The notes: generated from the letters alone by a model not told the origin. 64,000 nucleotides of DNA from Octopus vulgaris (GCA_951406725.2 OX597814.1:221154001-221218000); one strand, 5' to 3'; shown: positions 1 through 13,835, counted from the stretch's first letter. Numbers and translations: made by a program.

Positions 1-180
1 TGGGAGAGGAGATAAGTCGAATACATTGACCCCAATACTCAACTGGTACTTATTTTATCGACACCGAAAAGATGAAAGGCAAAGTTGCCCTCGATGGAAT
101 TTGAATTCAGAACGTGAAGACAGAAGAAATGTCATTAAGCATTATCGCCTGGGAGTGCTAACGATTTTGCCAGCTCGCCG
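1..180 (-). mobile_element. SINE family A copy (tRNA-like head plus gcctttcatcctttcggggtcgat core), running off the window edge
   Basis: Reverse complement reads cggcgagctggcaaaatcgttagca...ttctgaattcaaattcc...gcctttcatcttttcggtgtcgataaaataagtaccagt, matching the copies at 3202, 7276 and 61845. Confidence 0.8.
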
Positions 181-249
181 GCTTAAGTGGCTGTAAAATA
201 TTGCTAACGATATCGCACAATCGTCATTATCATCAACCCCTCGACGTGA

Positions 250-515
250 ATATCTCGAGTCCTAGGACTCACAGGATTAGTTACCCAGTTTCCATGGCGT
301 TTAAGTGATCCAGATCCTAACAAACATCCCCCACCGCGAACGGGTTGCGGGTTGCCAGTCCATTGCACGGTTACTAATTTACACCTGAGTAGATTGCAAC
401 AGCATGGAAGGAGGTGTTTTAGTTAAGAACACAACCCAAACACCAGTCAGTGATTCGAAAGCATTGATCTTACGATTATGAGTGAAACACCCTAACCTCT
501 GGTTCACGCGCCACA
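250..515 (-). mobile_element. Degenerate tRNA-derived SINE related to the 57233 and 27232 copies
   Basis: Minus strand has a tRNA-like head, ttgtgttcttaactaaaacac, and a gcaatggactggcaacccg block resembling gcgatggactgacgtcccg at about 57380. Confidence 0.5.
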
Positions 516-1209
516 CACCTTTACTTCATCAGTACGCAGATACCAATAAATACCATGGGTATTACTTTACTTCTGTCTCCACAGCTGAATATTACCTCAC
601 AGAAAGTAAAAATAAGCTGCAAGCCATTGTTAATTCGTAGTTGTATATTCTTAATGACTATATTGTATATGTCTAGTGACTTCTGATTCGATAGTTCGTT
701 GGTTCGAACATTGACAGCGAAGGTCCGGACTGAAACAGTGACTTCCGTTATCTGGCAGCCATGTCGATGCTTTACAAGAGACGAGTTTTTCATGTTTTGT
801 GTGTTCATTAAATTTGCTACGTACAATATGGTTGATAGAGTGCAGTGCATAAGATCTAAATCATTTATCAATATTTCTATTCAAGCAGTTTCATTGGGTT
901 CACATTCAGTCGAAATCAAGGAGTGAGGATCTATTATTTGGCCAAGTGAAATTTTCGATTAAGTTTCGAAAATTCTACACAAAAAGGATAAGTTCAACGG
1001 CTTGTTTCGCATTGAATTCATTAGCTGGATGAAGTCTTATAAATACAGTTTATTTCATTATAAGGAATCCTTGCTATCTTTACGAAAGAATGATAAACCT
1101 TACAAGAATTGATAGCATCAACATTCTTTGAATCTGCATCAGCTCGCAACTGCAGTCTTTCTTCAATGCAGCATTAGATCCATTTGTAGGCATTGTCGTT
1201 CTCTTGCAA

Positions 1210-1228
1210 CATACACACATACACACAC

Positions 1229-1263
<35 letters not shown>

Positions 1264-1310
1264 TACATACATACATACATACATACATACATACATACAT
1301 ACATACATGC
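1210..1310. repeat. Compound (CA)n/(CATA)n microsatellite
   Basis: Directly visible. Confidence 0.95.
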
Positions 1311-1540
1311 GAACGTACGTACGTAAATACAGTTGTAAACACACGTACGTACATGCATGCGTACATACACACATACATGCATACATATACTTCAATTAGA
1401 GACTTGTTCACTTTCTTCTTTGACATGTCTTACTGCTTCAACTTCTTCTGCTCCCCTTATTTCTAACACTGCTTCTTCTTCTCCTTCTCCATTCTTTACC
1501 TCATCACAGTTGTTTAGAATCGGACCACAGCAATTGAAGT

Positions 1541-1568
1541 TAGAGAAAGATAGAGATAGAGAGAGAGA

Positions 1569-1612
<44 letters not shown>
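1541..1612. repeat. (GA)n microsatellite
   Basis: Directly visible. Confidence 0.95.
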
Positions 1613-1618
<6 letters not shown>

Positions 1619-1892
1619 AATAGAGAGACAGATAGATAGATAATGAAAGAGAGAGAAAGAGAGGCCGGGGAAGGAGGAAGGAGAGATGGAGACAGAGAAA
1701 AAAAGGAAAGGGTATGTGCGTCTGTGTGTGTGTAAGAAAGTAAATTTAGCATGATTTATCAGTTCAGATTAGCTTCATAATAATAATACAAAAAATGTTG
1801 CACCTTCAGTAGATAGATACTTTACGAAATAATATACTAACATCAATAATGAGATATAGCCACAAGATTTCATAATGAAGTGAACATCTGTG

Positions 1893-2160
<268 letters not shown>

Positions 2161-3201
2161 GCATATATGTATGTGTGTGTGTGCGTGTAGAAAGCTAGGA
2201 TAAAACAATAAACTTCCACAATATCCTTTCTTTCTTTTTTTCGAAAAAAAATTATTCTAATTATTTTTTTTTTATTCTTCGAACGCTAGTAACTTCTCCT
2301 AAAGCTATTACACACTTCAGAATTTCAAATTACCATTTCAAACGATATTTCCTTTCTGATTATCAGCGACATGATACAATAGTTTATTCTCTTATACAAT
2401 CCAGGCTTACTTCTAAACAGATATGAAGAAAGAACGCAAAAAATTTTTAAAAAATCAAACGATAAGCGAGCAAATACTTGTCTTACATTTTATTCTCTCT
2501 TTTGTGTAGCAATTGTTCCAAGCACCACGTAATTTTTATCATCTCGTCTTAATTAATTCTGAGTTAATTAGTTAGAAGTATGTTGAAAGAAGTATTTGTT
2601 TCGGTTATATTAAAGGTGAAGATAAATATTATCATGTCAAGTCGAGAAATAAGTCATCGACTTAAGTAATAAATAAAGATAAAAACATTAGGAATATCTT
2701 ATTAAAATACTGTAATTTAAGTGAATTTTCAGAAGTAAGATTTGATTAACTGAAAAAATTCATACAAAAATGTCTTCTTCAATGCTTAAGATGAAGTAGA
2801 AAACTTCAAGTGATTATTATGAATATTGCTCATATCAAGAGATGCCTTATATCGACAGGCTTAGAGCAGCATAACCTGCAAAAAGTTGCTTTTATTTTAA
2901 TCAAACTGTATGTTTTGTATTTTTATACATCTTTTCGTTACCAGCTGAAATAAAACTTTCTGAAACATGAGCACACCAAGAAGAGGTAATTATATAACTC
3001 CATCATGTTTCAATGTAATTTTTCTTTCTCTAAAAATGAATAAATTGCAAGCATAAATTTCTGGAAGTGCAAGCTCATCAAACAAAATTGGCTGGTTGAA
3101 AATTTATCGTATGTTTCTTAAATAAATATTGTTGCTACACGTTCTGAGCTTGCAAATGAAACCGCATATATAGACACGCTCGCATATATACAAATACATA
3201 T

Positions 3202-3616
3202 GGTGGCGAACTGGCAGAAACGTTAGCACCCTGGGCGAAATGCGTAGCCGTATTTCGTCTGCCGTTACGTTCTGAGTTCAAATTCCGCCGAGGTCGACTT
3301 TGCCTATCATCCTTTCGGGGTTGATTAAATAAGTACCAGTTACGCACTGGGGTCGATGTAATCGACTTAATCCGTTTGTCTGTCCTTGTTTGTCCTCTCT
3401 GTGTTTATCCCTTTGTGGGTAGGAAAGAAGTAGGTATTTCGTTTGCCGTTAAGTTCTGAGTTTGAATTCCACCAAGGTCGACTGTGCCTTTCATCCTTTC
3501 GGGGTTGATTAAATAAGTACCAGTTATGCACTGGGGTCGATGTAATCGACTTAACAACCTTGTCTGTCCTTGTTTGTCCCCTCTGTGTTTATCCCCCTGT
3601 GGGCAATAAAGAAATA
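3202..3616 (+). mobile_element. SINE family A, dimeric form (full unit plus headless second unit)
   Basis: ggcgaactggcagaaacgttagc head, gagttcaaattcc B-box-like motif and core; the body repeats from ggtatttcgt at about 3433. Confidence 0.85.
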
Positions 3617-3838
3617 CATATACAAATACATGTATGTACGCACATTTACAATCACACACTCGCTACGGGAGCAGCACGTCCATATGACGTGTCATTTAAG
3701 GACGAATACTCAAGTAACTGATCTATCAACGGTTTACGAAAGAGAAGCTCTTTGGTAGCTGCAGAGGTAATAGCTCCCTGAACATTTCCTATTATTTAAT
3801 GTTGCCTTAATTGTGTATACCTGATATATGCGCATATC

Positions 3839-3911
<73 letters not shown>

Positions 3912-4094
3912 TAATAAATCGTATGGTATACACCTGGTAGCTTACCGGTAAAGCACATTCACTTTCACAGTGTTCGTTGGGTATTTGACAGAAGATTGAA
4001 GATCCTATGAGGGATCGATGCTAGCTGGGTCGAAACAATTGTAGTGCTTTATAAACATTCTTGAATCTTCCATGTTCCGTCTCTCATTAATCAA

Positions 4095-4152
<58 letters not shown>

Positions 4153-5172
4153 CACACACAAATGATGCATTTGAGTATATTTATTTTTATAAAGAGAAAT
4201 AACAGATGAATAACAACAGATAAGAAGAACTCACAAAGAACCCAAGAAGTACGCGCTGCATAGTATAAATTTCACAAACTCTAGCATTAAGTCTACAGTG
4301 GAAAATAGTATTATTTAATTCCCCAAATATTCCTGCTTTAAGCACTGGCATTCCTAGAATTTTAATAAATTCGGTGAAGGGAGACCACATAGATAGCGTA
4401 AGTCCCTGCAACATGTACCTGGCCTTGATTGTTTTTGACGTCATTCAATATTAACTTAAAAATATATAAAAACTAAACTCGACTGTTAACTGTATGTTCC
4501 AATTGTTATTGTAAATGGGTTGAAGTTTTTCTTCATTAAGTAGCACCTATATTCTATAAGAAACAAGCTTACATTGTAAATGGGCAACATCATAGTGCCA
4601 CTTCGGAAATTTTTCGAGTGCTCGACTGATGTGTCAAGGAGAAAAACTCTTTCGATGAGTAATTGTTAATATGGGCAGATTTTCAAGTTATTTATTACAA
4701 GACTGATGTTTATATCTACGATGCGGAACCATTTCGCAGTTGAGATGCTTGTCGTATTGGAATAAGTATTAATAAATTGCAGTTTCATACCTTTGTGTAC
4801 AAATATAAACAATGTTTTGTGCCCTGATATCTAAGACAGGGTTACTATTATAAGTTTCTCGATAGGGAGATGTCAGTTTAGACAATGCAATTAAGGCGAA
4901 CACTATCCTTTACACAAGTGCATCTTCATGCTCAAACACACATTTATAGTATAAGGAAGGACAGAAAACAGGAAAAAGAAAAGACAGGAAAAAACGGAGT
5001 TTGAGACAAACATCAACAGTTTAACTCTTCAATGGAAATAAGGTTTCTTCTCCAGAAGAAAAGTAAGAAAACGAGAAGCATTGACGGAGTGGCAAAGAGA
5101 AATAAACAGCGTGTACATAAAGATGGAGAATGGTCACGTGGAATGTGTATGTATATATATATATATATCAAC

Positions 5173-5777
5173 TATATAAGGAATGGCCCTAATAGGCCAT
5201 TCGACTCACTAGAAAGAGCAGCCAAACGCAAACCGCTAAATAGTTGTAATTCTGAAATCGAAAGAGAAATAAAAACATTTACCCTTTTCATCTCTGGAAT
5301 ATGCATAGTTTCGACAAACTTTGGTAAACAAATTAAATAAATTAAATTTATTTACAACTGGCGTATCTCGTCAGCAGAGAAGCTGAGGACGAGTATATGT
5401 CCACGAGGCGACGGCAAAGAAGCCTCCAGTCTATATGCTCTAAATTTTCAAAATCCACCGCCACCGCGCGGTCTTCTCAGCAGAAAATATAACGCCAGTT
5501 GTAAATAAATTTAATTTTATTTAATTTGTTTACCAAAGTTTGTCGAAACTATGCATAGTCCAGAGATGAAAAGGGTAAATGTTTTTATTTTTCTTTCAAT
5601 TTCAGAATTACAACTATTTAGCGGTTTGAGGTTGGCTGCTCTTTTTAGTGAGTCGAATGGCTTATTATGGCCATTCCTTATATTATTGAATGTATATTAT
5701 ATAGTCTTTGACTATCTTTTCTTTCTCACTAGACCGCTGGTAGCGGAGAATTTTTTTGCTACCCTGACATTTATTAA
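5173..5777. mobile_element. Fold-back element with about 210-bp inverted arms (5173-5382 and 5473-5684), probably derived from a PLE terminal repeat, between (TA)n tracts
   Basis: Arms are reverse complements with few mismatches, the right arm extends further, and each arm carries a hammerhead-like motif. Confidence 0.7.
5291..5380 (-). ncRNA. Putative type-I hammerhead ribozyme motif with a long stem II loop
   Basis: Minus strand: tctctg CTGACGA gata...tgtc GAA actatgcatatt C cagaga. Stem I is 6 bp and stem III is near-palindromic; the right-arm copy has the perfect palindrome actatgcatagt with a GUC triplet. Confidence 0.6.
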
Positions 5778-6419
5778 TATATATATATATATATATATAA
5801 ACAAGATTCAGTTGAATAAAGCACTTAAAGTTGAGGCACCTAGTTAGTTCGGATACTTGTCCTTCAATTGTAATAAATTTACGCATACACCCCCCCACAC
5901 ACACACACTTTCACACCTACTCTTTCTCTAGCCTCTCTCACAATTCTTGTAACGGCTATCACCAACATTGCAGACCAATCTTAAAGTCGTTTGAGTTCAT
6001 TTTCCAATTGAAAACAGCGATGAAGTAAAACGCTTTTGACCCTTTAACATCCAAATTTTTCAGTCAAATGTAATGCTTATATATTCATGTTTTAAAAATT
6101 AATCACGAATTATCATGTAGCTAACAGATATCGATGATATGATTGTTTATATGTGAAATGATATTGCACAGTAGGTGTGAGAGGCTGGATCTGGCCAGTT
6201 TGAGCATAAAACATGTAGGATCGTTGAGATTCATATGAGTTAAATGCAAAAGGTTAAATCTCATTCTTTCCTCTTGTTTGTAATGAGATGAAAGTTCTTC
6301 TTCTCCCTTTTCTTGCGCTACACCGTGAGAACTGTCTGTTAATGTATTATAAGTATCTGTCCGTACTCACACTTGTATGTTGTTCTTTGCACTCTGAGTA
6401 CTTGTCTTTCTATCTCTCT

Positions 6420-6460
<41 letters not shown>

Positions 6461-6507
6461 CACACATACACACACACGCACATATATATATATATATATA
6501 TATATAT

Positions 6508-6645
6508 GTAAAAGTAAAAAAATATACAAACTGGGACACGAACGTGAAACATTTAGAAGACGACACAAAAAACACGGACGGGACATTCGAAGCCCTCAAT
6601 CATCAGTCAAGAACCGGATCATCTTCGCAATTTCGGCTGATTGGT
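6508..6645 (-). mobile_element. Short (TA)n-adjacent repeat, same family as 29245-29440, possible PLE terminus
   Basis: Shared aaacggacggg...cagtcaagaaccggatcatc...gcaatttcggctgatt; minus strand carries ctgatga or ctgaaga followed by a decayed gaa. Confidence 0.55.
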
Positions 6646-7130
6646 TTTGGTAAACGCGATTTTTAAATGAATTTCACTTAAATTAATTTAATCTTATACA
6701 AGTAATTACGTTTCAAAATAAATCCGATATAATCAATTAAATCCAATAAAACCAAAAATAACTAAAACTCTGAACCCTCCGTTAACTATCTACAAAAAGG
6801 GTCATACTTAAAAATTCCTACCAGCTTACAAAGTTCTACACACATGAATAAATTCAAAACAATAGCACACCACCAAATTCAATCGACATAGATTTTAGAA
6901 AACACCTCTTCATGCCAACACTCTACAAGAACCTAATTACCACTCCACTCAAATTCAAATGCCCAATAAAACTTTAACTCAGCAGAGATTATGTAAGGCC
7001 AAAATTAACTTCAGTGCACCTCTGTTGGACGGTTGTTTAACGGGCTAAAACTTCGAAGTCCCTGTCAATAATATTGTTTCAGGATAACAAATTTGTACTC
7101 TGTATGTATGTATATATATTTATATGCATG

Positions 7131-7161
<31 letters not shown>

Positions 7162-7275
7162 GTGTCTGTGCATTAATATAAATGGTCATGTTGAGATCCC
7201 ATTTAATATTCATTCGTTCATATCGATCAAACTACTCATCTAACTTAACATCTTGTAATATTTTATTAATCGAAT

Positions 7276-7660
7276 GCGGCGGGGAATGCACGCCGAGTGG
7301 ACTGCTTAGCGTTATTTCGTCTGCCGCTATGTTCAGAGTTCAAATTCAGCCGAGGTCGAGTTTGCCTTTCATCCTTTCGGGGTCGATTAAATAAGCACCA
7401 GTTACACACTGGGGGCGATATAATCGACTTAATCCGTTTGTCTGTCCTTGTTTGTCCTCTCTGTGTTTAGCCGCTTGTAGGTAGTAAAGAAATAGGTATT
7501 TCGTCTGTCTTTACGTTCTGAGTTCAAATTCCACCGAGGTCGACTTTGCCTTTCCTCCTTTGGGGGTTGATAAATTAAGTACCAGTTGCGTACTGGGGTC
7601 GATCTAATCGACTGACCGCCCTCCCTCACAATTTAGAGCCTTGTGTCTAGAATAGATAAC
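7276..7660 (+). mobile_element. SINE family A, dimeric form
   Basis: Two tandem bodies with the same junction (gtagtaaagaaataggtatttcgt) as 3202-3616. Confidence 0.85.
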
Positions 7661-8200
7661 AACATTTTATCTATCCGTATTTGACGAATATTTAATCGTG
7701 AAATGTAATCCTACAAGCAGCGCTCACGGACTCGTACTTATCTGCAAAGACACAGACACACACTTATATATATCTACTATTTAATCTGTCTCTCAATCCT
7801 CTTTTTCTGTCTGTATCGATGTGTGTGTGTGTGTATGTGTTTAGTGTATATTTTTGAGAGGGATAAATTCCTCTGTGTCTATATCTTATTCCTTTCCATA
7901 TTTTAAACAGGAATATATGATAGCCATAATAAGACGATGACAGCCAGTCTGATATTATAAATTACAGTTCGTAGCACTCGGTGATTGCAATAACATATTG
8001 CTTGTGCTTTGACAAATGGTCGTATTTCTATCGACAAAATTCACTTAACACTTTCGTAGATGTTTTTAAACCTTAAATCACACGTTTATACAGGAACATG
8101 ACACACTTGGCATTATTCTCCACATCTCTGCTCTTTCACTCTCTTATATCTCTGGCTACCCTCTCAACTTCTCCTCCTCCTTATCTCTTATTTTCCCAAT

Positions 8201-8259
<59 letters not shown>

Positions 8260-8421
8260 TATACATTTATGTATATATGTATATGTATACACATACACAC
8301 ACATGTCTATATAATGTGTATGTATATATCCTTGGTTACGTATATATGTATATATATATATATATTTGTATACGTAAAGGATATAAGTATACATTCGTAT
8401 ACACGCACACAAACACATATA

Positions 8422-8474
<53 letters not shown>

Positions 8475-9689
8475 TACATACATACTCATAAACGCATGTA
8501 TACATATGAAGAATTATACAGACAAATCATTATACATATACACATGCATACATACACACATGTACCATAGTACGTACATGCATACTTATGTACATACACA
8601 CAAACATATCAATATACATGCATATATAGATATATTTATAAAAAATATTTGGTTAACTCTACTTGATCATCACGGTTTCTCTTTATAATATTCAGTTTCT
8701 CCGCCATAGTGAGTTGTTTAAAATAATCGAACTCCTGCGAGTTCTACGTTTCAACTCATTTTTCTGGGATCGACCGAATATAGGAAGAATTGAGGTTAGG
8801 ATTTGATTCAATCAACTGAATTCTATTCCAAGTTTCTTGTCTTGTACCTATGATACTAATAATTATCATGTTAAACTTTTATGCAATACTGACTTGTCAG
8901 ATATAATTCAGTGCTACCGAGATCAAATTTTAACCTTCTCTCTATCAGAGTGGATAACATATAACACTTCTCAAGTATTGGGTTTTACGTAATCTATATC
9001 CTTTCCCCTAATTTCTGAAAGTGAGAGAAATCGTTATTGTATTGAATCTTTACGCAATTGTAACTTGTACAGTGAAATTCAACACAGCTCTTCTAATCCT
9101 CCAAATCATAAATACAGTAAGAAAATAGAATCTCAATTGCACAAAATAGCTAAATTTTAAAACTTCACTTTGTATCCACTTTCTGTCAAGCAATAGGTAT
9201 AATAATGATCTGTCGTAGAAGTCAAACTTAGGTATTTTTGCTGTAAGATTTTGGCTTGCCCTATCTGTAAAAACACTTTTCAACGGCAATACTGTATACC
9301 TTCCAGCCTGAAATTGTATTTCTCCCGACAGCAATCCTCTTAGCAGCAGTTACTTTCGAAATTATTGGTTTAATGCGCTTAAATTATTCTATTTAAAACT
9401 TACACCGCACCGAGAACAAATTCCACACTAATTCAAATATCTTGAGAATGGAGCATTATATATCACACTTCATTGACTATAGTGCTCAACTGTAGTGTCG
9501 ATAATAAAAGAGTTCCAGCCAAGTACTGAGTTGATGTAGTCGACTTGCCTCCCCTATCGAAAAGTGGGCCACTTGCGCTAAAATTAGAAAGAATTGTTAT
9601 TATCATCATCATCATCATCATTATTATTATCGCCATTGTTTTACTTCTGAGAACGTTCGGTCTTGTTTGCTCTGGTTGATTATGTAAGA

Positions 9690-10095
9690 GCGGACAGCAG
9701 TCTGTTGTCAGAGGTCTCACAGGGTCTCTTTCCGTGCACATATAAGCTTTGATAATTGGTTGTTAATTATTGTGTGAGACATTCAACACCCAAGAACCAA
9801 TCTCAAAATCCTAGCTGTCCCAAGCAGAACAGTTTTGGGGGGCTTGCTCGTCTCTCATGTCAATTCCGATTTCTCTGAATTTTTTTGTTTTGGACCAAGA
9901 GGAGGTAGTGAGGTTATAGAGCCTTGCTTCAGTTGAGATCAAATAATGTAAATTTTTTGTTATCGCCATATTAATATGGCATTCTTATAGATAAAAACCT
10001 ATTGGTTGTTATCGCTCTGAGTGCCCCTACAACCACAGGGATGACAGACACTCTCCTCAGTCCACATTCTTCCATTTTCGTCTGTGCTTTTCCAT
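9690..10095 (-). mobile_element. Decayed 3' end of an R4/Dong-like non-LTR retrotransposon
   Basis: Minus-strand peptides VSVIPVVVGALRAI and KTVLLGTARILR parallel the 11628 ORF; begins next to an (AAT)n tract. Confidence 0.6.
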
Positions 10096-10259
10096 TATTA
10101 TTATTGTTCAAATTTCTACTGCACCACTTACTACACCTCTGTGTTGCCTGACAGCTACAGACGCGTTTCGGGGTATTTCCCCTTGTTGAGAGTCCACAAA
10201 CCCCGCAGGTGTCGCCACTGACGTCTCTGTTCGAAGGCTTATATTTACCTAGTTTCAGT

Positions 10260-10585
10260 GGAATACATCCACTTGTTTTCAATAATAGTAATGCGTTGGT
10301 TACTCGGATTGCTGGTGGAAGCTTATTTCACTGGGTAATTGTTGTATACAGTATCTCGGGTTTGAATGTTGTTTTGTAGGCCGTTCCTAGGAGAGCTATT
10401 TTTTGGATAGTGTTAAGAATCCAGGTATAGCTTCTACGTTTTTGTTTTACCATATCCAATGCTCCAATTATTGTTTGTATTGCTTTTACCCTCATGCTCT
10501 ACATCTTGAATGCTTCAATTTCAAAGTCTTTATACTTTGACAATTTTTCCACTTCTTCTTGGTCAATGATTTTGGACAATAGCTG
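10260..10585 (-). mobile_element. Decayed 3' end of an R4/Dong-like non-LTR retrotransposon
   Basis: Minus-strand translation EEVEKLSKYKDFEIE...IIGAL...IQKIALLGTA. Confidence 0.7.
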
Positions 10586-11319
10586 CAACAACAACGACAA
10601 CGAAGACAACAACAACAACAACAACAACTACAATAATAATAATCATTATTATCATTATTATTAACATACTCGGATTGTCGCTAGAGGTATCAGTAACATA
10701 CCAACTGAACTTAGGCGGTGCAGTGATCCTTTGCTCTGCCAATAAAGTACGTTTTCTGCATAAGCACTTTTTTCTGTTTTATGCCAATCTTTTTCAACCA
10801 CTATTAATTTTCATTGCTTACTCTACCTAGAACATCAAAATTATTGGCACAATATGCAAACTTTTCATTGACCACAGCTTTTTCATTTTATTACTGCTTG
10901 TCTTATGCGTTGAGTGTGTAATGCGTTGGTTACTCGTACAAATGATCAGTGGATATATTTTCGTCCTGGGTAATTGTTGTAAATGTATCTCGAGGTTTGA
11001 ATGTTGCTTTTCGGCCTTTCGAGGATCGATATAATAGAGGTATAGCTTCTACGTTTGTTTTACCAAGCACTAGAATTGATTTCATCGATTTGACTCTTCT
11101 TTCAATGATTTGCTTTAATAATAATCATTATTATCCAACATACTGCGGATTGTCGCTAGAGGTATCAGTACATACCAACTGAAATGCAATAATAATAATA
11201 ATAATAATAAACCACTATTAATTTTCATTGCTTACTCTACCTAGAACATCAAAATTATTGGCACAATATGCAAACTTTTCATTGACCACAGCTTTTTCAT
11301 TTTTCTCTTCGGAGCTTTG

Positions 11320-11508
11320 GCTGTGGTGTTAGCGTGCCGTACAAAATGATCAGTGATATATTTTCGTCCTGGGTTTAAATGTCGCCGAGGTTAATTTGCT
11401 TTTCGGCCTTTCGGGATCGATGTAATAGAGTAATAGTCAAGCACTAGAATTGATTTCATCGATTTGACTGGCTTGCTTCTCCCACCAACACTGCGGGCCT
11501 TGTACCGA
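11320..11508 (+). mobile_element. Degenerate SINE family A copy
   Basis: cgccgaggttaatttgcttttcggcctttcgggatcgat core and ggccttgtacc tail. Confidence 0.55.
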
Positions 11509-11557
<49 letters not shown>

Positions 11558-11560
<3 letters not shown>

Positions 11561-11967
11561 TAGTTGTCAGAGACCATGAAGAAAAAAATGCTTTCTAATT
11601 GATGTATCAATACCGGCTGATGACAACGTGTCTCTAAAAGAAATGGAGAAACTCTCAAAATACAAAGACCTGGAAATAGAGGTAACTAGAATGTGGAATC
11701 TGAAAACAGAAACAATTTCTATCATAGTAGGTGCATTAGGCATGATAAAAAAATATTCAGACAAATACATAACAAAAACACCAGGACTTACAAACACATA
11801 TAACATACAGAAAATTGCACTACTAGGCACTGCATACATCCTACGCAGAACACTTTCCATACAATAACCATCAGAGCATCACAACAAATCACAGCACATA
11901 CCCAAGGCACACAGAGCTGCGCTCGGTAGTGAAGTGAAAGCACGCTATAAAAATAAAACTACTGAAT
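11558..11967 (+). mobile_element. 5'-truncated R4/Dong-like non-LTR retrotransposon (restriction-like endonuclease C-terminus plus 3' UTR) inserted in (AAT)n
   Basis: IVVRD...LIDVSIP...KEMEKLSKYKDLEIEVTRMW...IIVGALG...IQKIALLGTAYILR fits the RLE region; (AAT)n lies on both flanks, consistent with the known TAA-repeat targeting of Dong elements. Confidence 0.8.
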
Positions 11968-11968
11968 G

Positions 11969-12020
<52 letters not shown>

Positions 12021-12063
12021 TAATATTTATTATTATTTAATAATATTTATTATTAGTTAATAA

Positions 12064-12137
<74 letters not shown>

Positions 12138-12138
12138 G
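11968..12138. repeat. (AAT)n followed by (ATT)n microsatellite
   Basis: Directly visible; strand orientation switches mid-tract. Confidence 0.9.
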
Positions 12139-12385
12139 AATCGGAGAAATTACTGAGTGTCCCAAGGACATGTCACTTTATGCAATAAACTCTCGACACT
12201 TCTGTCCCTATAACTTCTGCCGATTAAAATAATTTCTCTTTGTCCTGTGTTTTCTTTGCCCAGAGGTTAATGTATGTATGTATGTATACACATACATAGA
12301 GAATGACAGCAATGCAGTATTAGGCTTGATATATATATATATATATATATATACATACATAGACACACACATATGCGCACACACG

Positions 12386-12424
<39 letters not shown>

Positions 12425-12784
12425 TATATATATAGAGATAGATTGGTAGATAGATAGATAGATAGATATACATGGATATATGAACAAATATATTCTCATA
12501 GGGCTTAGCTCTGGTTATCTGCATCACAATCTCCCTATCAGCTCGCCTTGGATTTCTCTTATAGTGGTGCTCAAATGAATTTCAACTTAAATTCCTAATT
12601 CATAAAGAATTCAGTATTTAAGTTGAAATTCACCTGAGCGCTACTTCGTGTTTCCTATACTGAGCATATCTAGCTCTCACCTATTATATATATGTGTGTG
12701 TGTGTATACGTATATATATATATATACGTATAAATATATATATATATATACGTACATACATACATACATACATACATACATACA

Positions 12785-12834
<50 letters not shown>

Positions 12835-13685
12835 CAATATCAGTAGTGATCGTTTACTTCTAGTTTCTCTGTTTTAATTGTCTTCTGAAAACTGTGTGTG
12901 TCTGGATATGTACGCATGCGTGCTGAGTGTACGTACGTATGTATGTATGCATGTTTGTGTGTATGTATAAATGTGTATACGTAACTATGTATTGTAAATG
13001 TTTCTATATCTCCTTTGTGCAAGCATTGTTGTGTACAACTACTAAGAGAAATAGTTTAGCAGTTAACGAATCCTTTCTATTACATGGTTCTAATTTGTAT
13101 TTCGTAGATATCGACGTCATCTCCAGCTATGCATGTCGAAAATGTTTCGCAATCACTGACTTATTTCCGCATTCATTCACCAGTCTCTTTTCTAACTTGG
13201 AATAAATTAGCAGACATGTTTGTATATGTGAGTGCGTGGGGGTTATTTGTTGCGGGGTGGGATGGAGGTATTTTACAAGACAAGTATGGTAAACTGTTTA
13301 AAATCTAGCTTCGCATTTATGAAGACCGTGGTTCGATACCTTAGCAAGACGATACACTTTTTAAGTAGCTCTTGCCTTTGCAAGGTTTTGTATCTTAGGA
13401 AAGCGCTCTGTTTTGACTCAAGGCTTGTAAGTGAAACTGTAAAGATGAAAGAAAAATCACGAGAAAAAACGACAAGTATGCAGAAGCAAAAAGTAGAACA
13501 GTTTTATTTTTCTCCCGAGATTTCTCTTGTTCCAGCGCCCTGATTTGCAAACAGAATGGACCATGTACTCACAGCCACAGGATTGATTGGAGACATTAGG
13601 CGTAGTATAAAACCCTGCCTAGACCCTTGTCCCCCCAAACAAGAAACCATTAGTAGCTCGTATCTTTATACTGTGTACATTAAAT

Positions 13686-13760
<75 letters not shown>

Positions 13761-13762
<2 letters not shown>

Positions 13763-13783
13763 AGATAGATAGATAGATAGATT

Positions 13784-13821
<38 letters not shown>

Positions 13822-13835
13822 CAGCTAGATAGATT

